Shown: piece after piece, positions 34,430-57,202 of the stretch | Layout: the number at the start of each line of letters is the position of its first letter | How positions within the stretch are numbered: position 1 is the stretch's first letter | Source of the DNA: Macrostomum lignano | Taxonomy: Eukaryota | Length of the DNA: 64,000 bases | Direction: 5' to 3' | Assembly (NCBI GenBank): GCA_002269645.1 | Contig: NIVC01000538.1 | Location: 62,001-126,000, forward strand | The notes under the pieces: generated by a model | The model's input: the letters and a program-made list of their open reading frames with translations, nothing else | Database searches by the model: none | What the model was told of the DNA's origin: nothing | Made by a program: the position numbers and the translations under genes

Positions 34430-37241
34430 TGAAACTTGGGTATGCGGCATGACAGCGATATGGGTATCGTTGAAGGCACACGTGCCGATGATTTCGGCCG
34501 CATGGAGGACGACATCTGCATCGTCAGGAAAGACGTCAAACGGATGACAGGCGAGCCTCCGAACGTGGCACTAAGTGCATCCGGCTTCTTCAGGATCTGC
34601 TATGCCTGCCAAAAGAAAAAGCGGCTGCAGCGGTGCATCGGCTGCAATCGGACGGGACAATTGCAAACCACCTGCGTAACGCGTGCCGCCCCCTTGATGA
34701 CCGGGATGGCCGGCCAAGATGAGCTGCAAACGCGTCTCACTGCAGGCCGTCTTGACAGCGATGGCGTTGCTCAATTCAGCGGCCAGGTTGCGTCGGCAAT
34801 GCAGTCTAGCCAGCAGCCGGCCGTGCTGCGACTCAAATAATCCAGTCAGAGAGTCTGTGCACTGGGCCAAATTCTTCTGCAAACGATGGCAAATGCTGAC
34901 AAACCTTGGGATGGAGAAGAAGGGGGTATTCACTCAGCAGTAATTAAAGTTGTTGTGCTTGCAATGGAGCAGTTTTTTAAGTGAGTTGTTACAAATTTAA
35001 CTACATGGTGCACGTTATAGGTCAGAGCCCGTCTTAAGTACAACGGCTCCAGACGGTGCGCGAAATGTCGCAATGAAGTGCGTGCGCGTTCCACTTCGTG
35101 CAGTGGCGCGTCGTCCAGCGTAAGCCAGAAGAAAGACGACGACAGCAAGTTGAAATGCTGTGCGTACGTCTCCGGCAGAATGTCTGGGAACACAATCGGA
35201 CCGTACAGCAGCAACCACGCTTCCAGCTCGTGACCCCTGAGATGGCCAAGGTCTCGCAAGCTCCGTGGTGCTCTCTGTACCGCGCCGTTCGGAATTCGGA
35301 TCGAGGCAGTCAGAGCGTCAACGAGTTGAACGGATCCTCGTAGATCCGGGTTGACTGAATTTTGGCAAAAGTGTTTAGTCTGATAGTAAGTAAACAAGTA
35401 AACCATTTTTCCGACTAAATGGCAACATTCAGCCACGAAACTGCACTCGAGTCCGGGTTGGGTGAGCCAAACAGCTGCGTGAGCGTCCACTTGACGGGGC
35501 CCTCGCACAACTGATGCAAATAGCACGGTGGGGTTGCTGTAAAAGTGTGGGGTCTTTTACTGTGAGCTTAGCAGTCCAACTTTAACTTAACAATCTCAGC
35601 TGGGAACTTATTCGTTACCCCAAATGTAGTCGAACCCGGATAATTCACTCAGAGGGGACAGCGCCTTAACACCGAGGTTACCATCTCGCAACTCGACGTC
35701 TACGCGCGCAAGGTGTACAGTATCACGCAGACACCGCACCTGAGGCTGCTGACAGCCACGCTCTGTAGCTAGGGCGACATCAGCTGCTGCCACGTCCGGT
35801 GGGTAGAAGCGCGCCTGTCCTTCACCAACGGGAGCAGTACGGATGTAACATTTGTCACACCCGTGGACAGCGTTAAAGCGCTTAACGCCGATTGTCTCAG
35901 CCCGCTGTGGCGCGTCCATCATAAACAGCAGTGGATGAAAACGGATGACACCGGCCTGAGTCGCATCAGGGCCGCATCCTCTTCTGCATGCAACTCCATC
36001 CAGACTCAGCTCATTAAGCTGCTTTACTACCATTGGGAGATAAGCTGTAGAATTAAGCTTCTGTCTGCCGCACCAGTAGCGGCAGGTCACCACGCTGTTG
36101 GCTTTCAGGCGGTCCGGTAGCTCCACCACGGACAGGTACACAGGACAGATTTCCATGACGGAATGTCGGAATGCCTGTTGCAAATAAAATGAAGCTTCGA
36201 ATTGTCTGACTGTAATTAATTTGTCACCGCGTTTAACCATCCAGAACATGGGACAAAACTGCAACAAAGACGGTCCCCTTACTCGTACTTACCGGAAATC
36301 CGTCAATGCAAACAACGTAACTCAGGTCCTGTCGGGAGTCCAGAGAAATTGAACTCTTAAATTTGCAGTACCCTTCAGAAGAGCCAAGTCCAAGAAAACC
36401 AGGCTCGCACTTCTGGTCTGCGGGAATACGACTTTCTGGAGCAATCCTTCCGCTTCTATCTGCAACTGAAGCTGCTTACGGACGTCCATCTGCCAGTACG
36501 TGCAGATTTTGTCCGGCGTCAGTGCAGCTGTGCAGTTTTCACAGACAGTGTCAGCTGTATCCACTCGAGCGAGGCACTTCAGGCAGAAATTGATACATTT
36601 GGGTTTCCGTCGACGCACCCCTAAGGCCTGGCGCAAAAGATGCTTCGACGTAGGGATGCACCCACCAGCAGGCAGAGTCTCGTCAATCAGAGCCAGGACA
36701 GCACGGACGACGCTACCATTTAAACCGTACCTGGTCACAATTTTCTGCATTGCAGCAGCAAAGCTCCCGTACGTATGTCCACTTCCTGGGCACACGGGAT
36801 CATGCAGTCTTGGATGAGCTTCGTCATCGGAACTGCTGCTGCTGCTGCTTCTTCTTCTTTTCTTCCACCGCCCCACAACGCTGCCGCTGGCAGCTGGGGG
36901 GAGGGCGCTCAGAGGCGCCCCAACCTGCGAAGGAGGGCGAGAAGGCGCTCCGGGTCGTCGCGGATGTCCCTCTCGTCCTCAGTGCTCGCCCGAAGGGCGT
37001 CGCCGCGTGGGCATTCAAGGATGATATGCTCCTCCGTGTCGGGCGCCCCGCAATCGGGACAGCTGGCGTTCTCAGTCAGGCCGACCCGGTGACGTGTGGC
37101 CCCGGCCAGGGTGGAGCACCCGGCTCTGAGTTGGTTAATCGCCACTGTTTCTTTCCTGGTCAGGTGTCGTGGTGGTCGTTGCCAGGGGCGTCCAAGTAGT
37201 TCCTGGTCGCGGGCGGACCAGGGACCACTTTTGCCACCGAA

Positions 37242-37274
<33 letters not shown>

Positions 37275-37630
37275 ACTATGGAGGTCTCCGTCGGACAAGG
37301 GTGCAGCCTCCTCGATATTTACGTCATCCTTGACGTCACCCCGATGGTCTCCGTCTCCATCATCATCCGACCATCCTGCCTCCTCTAACAGCACATCGGG
37401 GAATCCGTCTGCTCAACCTCCATGTGGACAGTCGGTTCAGCAGCACCGTGGTCTCCAACGGGGACAGCAGCCGCCTCATTTTGGGCGTCCTGTCGCTGTT
37501 GAGCGAGACGCTCACGACGCCTTCGTTGTCGAAGTGCGTCACCGCGACGCAACCGTCCTGTTGGGTCGGCATCAGCAGCTTCGCGCTCCCTGCGCCGATA
37601 GACTTTTCGCTGGGCCGCCCTGTCAGCCAT
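34430..37630 (-). mobile_element. CACTA/EnSpm (CMC) transposase, decayed
   Basis: FCLKC..CENC, MDAPQRAE..RFNAVHGCDKC, RAPRSL..HELEAWLLLYG..LPETYAQHFNLL..LYLRRALTYNVH and FESQHGRL. Start inferred at MADRAAQRK (37630). Confidence 0.85.
36849..37243 (-). mobile_element. 5'-truncated LINE 3' end inserted into an (AGC)n tract of the CACTA transposase
   Basis: QLRAGCS..CPDCGAPDTEEHIILECP (CCHC knuckle), (GAA)n tail, flanked by (AGC)n on both sides. Confidence 0.8.
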
Positions 37631-38106
37631 TTTGGCGCTGCAGACATTTTCGGACAAGTATTTTGTGACGAGGTGCGTGTAAAAGAAATAGATTCCTACT
37701 CTAAACTGCCAGTGTTCGTACAACAAATACTAGCTACATTGACAAAAGGGTACAAAAATAATTGAGACGTCGATACACGAGAATTCAAAAATCCAAATGC
37801 AGTCCAAAAACGTGCGGACACAGCTATATACTTGCAATCTTACACTGGGAACCGAGAACCACTAGAACTTTGCAATCTTACACTGGGAACCAAGAACCAC
37901 TAGAACGTAGTTGAATCAGAAGGTGGCACTCGTAATTGTTGCACATTTTTGAAGGCTAGCTTGTTTACGTGTGTACTCATACGATGTTGAGGCTTTAATT
38001 CCTGTTAAATCTACATCAGTCTAGTGGTCCTTGGTACAAACTGCCATATCACCCTGGCGTCCACCGGCGTCACATACATATATAAATTCATGAACGGAGG
38101 TAGCAG

Positions 38107-39105
38107 TTATTCCTCATTTGGAGTACATGATATTTGGAGTACGCTGTCTAGCAGGGCAGACCAGTTAATGGGATACGGAGTTGGCTCTTAGTTGTTTGAA
38201 ACAGGCTGGGCAAGGGTGAGGACCGGGTTGTTCACCTCGTCCTCGTCGAAACCAGGAATCCCACTGGTTAAATCCGAGGCTGTTAGGACGTCATCCAACA
38301 GAGCAGACCAATTTATTTCACCACTCATTTCAATTTGCCAGCTGTAAGTCAAATATGCAGGTGAAAAACATGTACAATAGCGTCAACGTTCGCTACATAT
38401 CGCTACATAAGGCTACACGACATACACCATACCAACCTCAGCAGGACCTCAACAAGATCTAAGCTGGGAACAACCCAAACAGACGCTGCATCTACACATG
38501 CGCACTTTTACATGTACTTGCAGTAGAATGTCATTTAACCACACAAAAACTACACGATGATGGACGCCAACATACAAATTGTGTTTTAAACGTACATGTA
38601 CAAGTAGTTCGTTAACCCCGCTGTGGCATGCGTAGGGTGCAGGAGGGGGTGGGGAGGGGCGGAGACGGTGGAGGATTGCGACGATGCGGGAGCAGGGGCA
38701 GTCTAAAAAATCTTCGCCCAGTTCATCATCTTCTTCCTCTCGATCCTCTTCTTCTGCTGCAGCTTGTCGCTGCCTTTGAAGCTCCAGCACCTCCTGCTGC
38801 CTCCGCACGCCCACCTGCTGGTACTCTAGTAGCTGTTGCTGTCGCTCCAACAGCCGCTGTTGCTCCTCGAGCAGCCGCTCTAATGCAGCAAGCCTGTCTT
38901 GCTGCTGCTGCATGCTGGGGTTCTGTACATTATGTGGCTGTAGTAACTGCTGCTGCTGATGCAGATTCGCCTGCAGCTGCTCAACTACCAGCCGCTGTCG
39001 CTCTCCAAACTCTTCCCGCAGGTCCTCCAGATAAGGTATCACAACCTCAGGTGCCTCGTCCTCCATCACGTCCTCCTCTTCCTCCAGTTCATTACGTGGA
39101 TCCAT
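38107..39105 (-). other. Cargo-like ORFs: Gln/Glu coiled-coil ORF (39105-38449) and a small INWSALLD-repeat ORF (38328-38107)
   Basis: The ORF track gives the first ORF. Manual translation gives MSGEINWSALLDDVL..*..PINWSALLDSVL.. for the second. Confidence 0.45.
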
Positions 39106-39625
39106 GGGTACCTATATAGCTTCAAAAAGCAGCTGCACAGTAGTATTGTTGTCCTGATTACATTTCCCCCCACAAGAGGCTATACCAGACCATTATTTAT
39201 CAACTATTTGCAATCTAGCTGAGGAACTTCTCTCACTTCCCTAGTTAAATTGGTGTAGACGAATCAAGCAGCGGAATTACATGTACACATGCAACGAAGC
39301 CTTCGTAGGATAAAATGAACAACGCAAGAAAAAAGTAACACCGATCAGGATTAAAAAGCACCTCAAGTGCTGGCAGTTGCCAAACTGGCTAACTATAGGT
39401 ATAAAACATTTTGGAGCAAACAGCTCATTTCTAAGTTTGCGTTTAGTTTCTCTTGACATAAAAAGTCTTCTTACATCACACTGAAGTTCAAACCGTACTA
39501 CACTCTTCACCTCCGTGTAATATACATATTCACCTACAGTCTACAAGTACATTTTAAAACGCACCAGAAAATCACAACAGATCAGACACCCACAATAATT
39601 TCTAACGGAATGACAAAATGATAGA

Positions 39626-39729
39626 TTGTGTATATGGTTTTGGAGGTAGACAATGATAAATTTTTCACAAGTGGCGAAGCCACGAGTGACTAAAATTTAT
39701 CTTTGTCTATGACAAAACCATATACACAA
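39626..39729. repeat. 104-bp imperfect palindrome (MITE-like hairpin)
   Basis: TTGTGTATATGGTTTT..TAGACAATGATAAATTT pairs with AAATTTATCTTTGTCTA..AAAACCATATACACAA. Confidence 0.8.
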
Positions 39730-40069
39730 ACACATTGTCTCATGAATGTATTTTTAGAAGCCTAAAATAATGACTCCTAAGCGTGGAATAATGAGCGTAC
39801 AGCATGACACAATGTATTTAGGAAGCAAAAAGAAGTTATAAATCTTCTCTGCAACACGCTTCCCTGCACCGTACAAACCGAAGTCCAGTTAATTGAATGT
39901 AGGCGTCGGCATTCGACCAGTGACAGTTGGAACAGACCCCGCCGCTGAACAATAGCTGCAAAAGTGAGCAAAAAGGCTTTTTAGAAAGCAATAAACACTC
40001 CGTTTTAGCTTATTGAACTCTAATTGCACTAACTAGCCTACTGAGTTAGTAGAAAGTTTGGCGCTAGTA

Positions 40070-40283
40070 CAACGATTCTTAGACGACTTTTTCGCGACTC
40101 TTTTACGCTTCTACAACTCACGTGACGTGACGCGCTTTTGATGCAAGAGTCACTTCTCCGTCGCATTTGACGCGTTTGAGTCGTTAAAAAGTCACAAGAG
40201 TCGCCCCAGACGCGCTAGAGTCACTAGAGAGTTGTTTGCAACGACTTTTTAGCGACTCTTGTCACGGTATCGTTTTCAACGGG
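40070..40283. repeat. Direct and inverted subterminal repeats ending in a CCC-type terminus (candidate CACTA end)
   Basis: ACGACTTTTT.GCGACTCTT at ~40083 and ~40241, an inverted copy at ~40178, and terminus TTTTCAACGGG at 40273-40283. Confidence 0.45.
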
Positions 40284-40559
40284 ATCGCAGCTGCGCCTGA
40301 CTGACCGCAGTCCTGGTCACTGTTCTGGTCACTTAGCTGACTACAGCGAGATACGGCCAGGGTAGGTGAAGTGGATACGACGGCGTATTCGTAGTATTTG
40401 CTGTAGTCAGCAGCTGCCGTGTCAACCAAGTAAGTTGCAACCTGAATTTAAATGTTAGAAATTTAGAGGATAATATAATACTGGTATACGTGTACGGATT
40501 GGCAGTAAAATGCTGCAATGCATAACAATTTGATTAGCGAGTGCATGCATACTCTGCTC

Positions 40560-43380
<2,821 letters not shown>

Positions 43381-43839
43381 GCAACTGCTTGCGAGGCCAT
43401 GTTGCGATGCGAGTTGGCAAACAGAAACTTAGCCCTCTCCCTTGAGAGCTTAAGCTCAATACGATATACTTCTTGGCATAAACAATTCATCATACAATGT
43501 ACGATGCATCACGTTATCTCTTATCTTTTGGGAAAGGAAATACTCGAACACCTGCTTCTCTGATAAATAATTTGATTTGCAGACACTCACAGAGCACTTT
43601 CGTATCCGTTGCAGATATTTCATCGGTTTATTTTTCGTCGAGCGACACCAATATTTTAAATATACTCGTACGAGCGTATCAATTACTCGTACACAATTAT
43701 CAATTGCTCAAAATTTTAGTTCAAGGCAATGACCTCCATGCAATGGTCGTGTAGAGATCTCCAAACCTAGTAGACTACTAGAAGTAGTAAGATAAAATTA
43801 TGAATTATTAATTATGAAGAAAAGTTAAAAAGGGGTCGC

Positions 43840-43965
43840 TTCACAAGCTCGAAATTTCACAACCTCGAAAAGCACTTCCTTTCACAAACCCGAAACTTCA
43901 TAAGCTCGAAATTTCATATCCTAGAAAATTTTAGCAAGCGACTTCACAAGCTCGAAATTTCACCC
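43840..43965. repeat. Short dispersed direct repeats (CACAAGCTCGAAATTTCA-like, ~4 copies)
   Basis: Seen directly in the sequence. Confidence 0.75.
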
Positions 43966-43991
43966 ATCTCCTCCATCAACCCGTCCGTCAA

Positions 43992-44261
43992 CTACAGCTT
44001 GATAAAATCACTCTCGTTTCCGTCGGCGATCTCAGGAAGCTGCAAATCGGGCCTGACTCCTGGTACTCCGAGGAACTCAGGCAGAGGTGCTGGCCTGGCA
44101 TCAGCGCCATCTTCAACAAGATGCCACTGATCTCCTACGATTAACGCATTATGCTCTTCTTCCTGGTCACTGTGGGGATGTTCAACTTCGGATCCGTCAA
44201 TTGAGTCATCATCAGCAGTGAACCAGCTCACGTCCGAGTCTCCGTCAAAGTCTAACGCCAT
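43992..44261 (-). pseudogene. piggyBac transposase N-terminal fragment
   Basis: Acidic N-terminus, then W..LPEFLGVPGV..DFIKL, similar to LPEFLAVPGL in the 7660-10052 copy. Confidence 0.65.
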
Positions 44262-44929
44262 GTAATGGTTCTCAGGAGCGAGTTGCTTGGTGCTTTGGGT
44301 AGACAGAGAACTAAAATATCCAATTGTATAATGAGACTGTTTCTGTATTTCTGAAGCAGGTCCTTGGCAGAACTATTATAAGCAGGACAGTGATTTTAAT
44401 AAATATCTATGGTCCAAAATAGTTCGATCCCTTTCCATATTTCCCTGTATGGTTTTCTCATGAATGACAGACATGCAGCCATAGCATTTGGTCTCCAGCC
44501 ATAGGCAAATTATCTTTTAGTTAAGCGGCTTTGCAACATACGGGTATACTTGTGGAGCAAGTTGCCGTCTGGAACGGGGGGTAGAAATTCTGACACTCAT
44601 GCACTTGGCACGAAATCGTGCCAGCCAGCCGTCGGCAAAGGGTGTGACGCATTTTTTGATTCGTCGCGTAGAGGTTAACCGATAGGAGCACACGACTCCG
44701 ATTCCGTTAGTTCTAGAAGAAGACGCCCTCTCTGGAGGACCTCGTATTGTTATAGAAGTTGATTTTGTTATTAGGGCGCATCGTTGACATTGATTTCTGC
44801 ACTCGAGTAATACTGCGACGTCGATTTTATTGTTACGCTCTCGCTTTCGGCTGATTTTAGACTTCAAGAAGACTACCCCGGGAGGAACAGCTCTATGGAG
44901 AGGAGCTCTACGGACACGCGCGACAAAGA

Positions 44930-45489
44930 AGAGGAGCCCACAACAGTAAGTGATCACTGATTTTGTTCCCAGGCTTAAGTGTCTGGAAGTGGGAGTTTTC
45001 GAGTGACTGATCACCACTCAATCAAACTCTTCAGTCGGCCATTCTTTTGAATCAGAATTAATTACGCCGGTAGCTTTTCTTCATAATTCTGAAACGAAAA
45101 AATCCACGTTTCTGCTTGCTTGAGAACTTCGGTCCTTCATCACCGCTGGCGAGTGGCCGTGGGAACAGATGGTTCTTCTTGGTGGCCTTAGGCAGCAAAG
45201 CCAGGTATCGCTTCACCCTAGCAGTGTCGTACATGTAGATCCGAGCCTGATTGTTGTCGCTGTGGTGTTTGGCCTTCAGCAGATCAGCTGACTTGTTCTT
45301 CGATGGCAGCGTAGGGAGGCAGCAGTAATCCTGTCCGTCTGAGTCGGTGTGCAGCTGCAGGCAGGTCCTCTCCTTCATGAACTTTATGTGCTCTTGCCGC
45401 GCTCTCCGAAGCAGTACAAACTGTAGAACAGGAGCTTGTCGAACCGGAAGGTTTTGCCAGTGAAAGGGAAAAGTTGTCGACTCTATCAC
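44930..45489 (-). pseudogene. Crypton/DUF3504-type tyrosine-recombinase remnant
   Basis: DSDGQDY..SKNKSADL..ARIY..KRYLALLPK..HLFPRPL..IMKK follows the DUF3504 pattern. A possible H..S...Y catalytic end lies at ~44940-45010. Confidence 0.55.
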
Positions 45490-46665
45490 AAGTTACATAG
45501 GGGTCGCTGACAAGTCGCTGAGCGATTGCAGACTGAGACTTGCTTAAAGAAGCCGAGCCGAGCCTTCAACTCTCCTCCGTCGCGAAGCCTTTTGCCATAG
45601 ACGAAAAGTAAAAATCCATGGACATTTCGTCTTAATATAGAGAGCTGCAGCACGGCCGTTGCCTTGAACTCTCCCCGTCGCGAGGCCTTTTTGCCATAGA
45701 CAAAAAGTAAAATTCATCGACCAATGAAAATTTAGAGCAATGAAGCTCATTGAAACCGCCTTTCAATTGCAGCCATAGACTGAAAGCAAAATTGGTGTGA
45801 ATTGACTACGAAAATTCCCGGGAGCAGGGGTAGTCTGATCATCGTGTGTAGAAGCAGCTTTATGAAAATTCAACTCCGGAGTTTAAAAAGGAAAACACTT
45901 TTGTGCTAGATGTGTAGAAATGAAGCTCCGGACACGAAAATCAGACAGGTAGAAATCTCGTAAAAATTGGCCTCCAATATTTTTTCGCTTGAATCGCTAG
46001 TTTCCCGTCCATGGATTTTAGTAGTCCCTGGCGCATCTAAATTCATTGTGTCGGACTAAGCGAAACTTCTGATCTTCAAAAGTAGCAGATTTTCCGTTGT
46101 TTTTATATGCGGCGCTTCCTCTTAGAATTTCTATTTTATTAGAAGTGCTATCTCTTTGGGTTCTTTCATCTGTGATTCATAACTCCGGCTGAGAAATTCG
46201 TACTTAGCTTAGCCTGATAAAATGTTATCAGGTGCTCTGTTTAATTCCAGTGCAATAGAGAACGTACCCTAGTAAACAAGCACAATATCGTCCCAGGCAC
46301 TAGGTTGCTGCATGCAACTACGCTCACTCTGCTCCTCCGCATTGAAACATGACGGTGTGGGGTTGCTGCGTTGCTGTCTGGCTTCTGACATTGTAGCCGT
46401 GAAAGTACAGTCCCCAGCTCTGCCACAAACAACTGCTCCTGGCTAGCTTTGTATCCATTGCTCTGTCCCTCTCTCCTAATTCACCCCTCCTTCACTGCTT
46501 ACCGCATTTCTACCCTCACTCGGGCCACAGTCAGCTTGTTTAGCAAGCCTTATAAAAACATACAGAGAGCAAGAAAGAGGCACTAACACAAGCAAATACT
46601 TTCGACTCTACACATTAGACTCCTAAGCGCAGTAGTGGCACTAGCAGCAGCAGTAGCAGTTAGCT

Positions 46666-56460
<9,795 letters not shown>

Positions 56461-57202
56461 GCACAGTGAGCACAGCACTGGCACAGCCCCAACTGGCTTC
56501 CTCTCGCCATCTGAACGCTTGCTGTGTATCATCATGGGCTGCAGTTTTATTACTTAGATTTTTTCTGGAAACTCTTTCTAAACCTAATAACTCATACTAC
56601 TAACAGTAGCGAAGCTTACTAACATTAGCTAGAACCATTTTTATTACGCAGTAAATCCGATCTTTTAATTGATTTGATCTCAAATGTTTTCTTGTTTCAA
56701 TCAATCTATTTATTTATTAATCAGCACCTGCTTCTACGCTTTGAACTTAATTCCTCGGCCCAGTAGTTAACCTGCTAATTGTTTTGAATGAAAACGAATA
56801 AACAGTTCTTGTTGAGTCTTTTGTGTTAATTAATTGACAGTTAAAATTTATTAGCAATTTGCAGGTGCTAATGGGAGTAAGCAAGGTGATAGATACTAAT
56901 TTGTTTATGTCATGCGATTTTATTATAAACGATGGCACAACAATGCTTAAGCTACTGGTTATCCTACTTATACACGCTGATTCTAACGTTACAAATTCAA
57001 ATAAAGTGACAACAGATGAGCAAATGATTAGTCAGTAGCTACAGGTATTGCAAATTAATAATCAAAATTGACACAGAAGTGTATTTTTTAGACAACAGGC
57101 AAATTAATATTCGGTGTTCACAACAGTTTAGTCCAGGAGGTACAGTCCTTTGTCTTGGTCAGATAGCGCGAGGTCAGAGTCCCCGATATGTAGCGTATTT
57201 AC

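Noticed and set aside
44590-44660. FADGWLARF resembling a Tigger/CENP-B HTH
   Set aside because: No flanking CENP-B or DDE_1 motifs in any frame.
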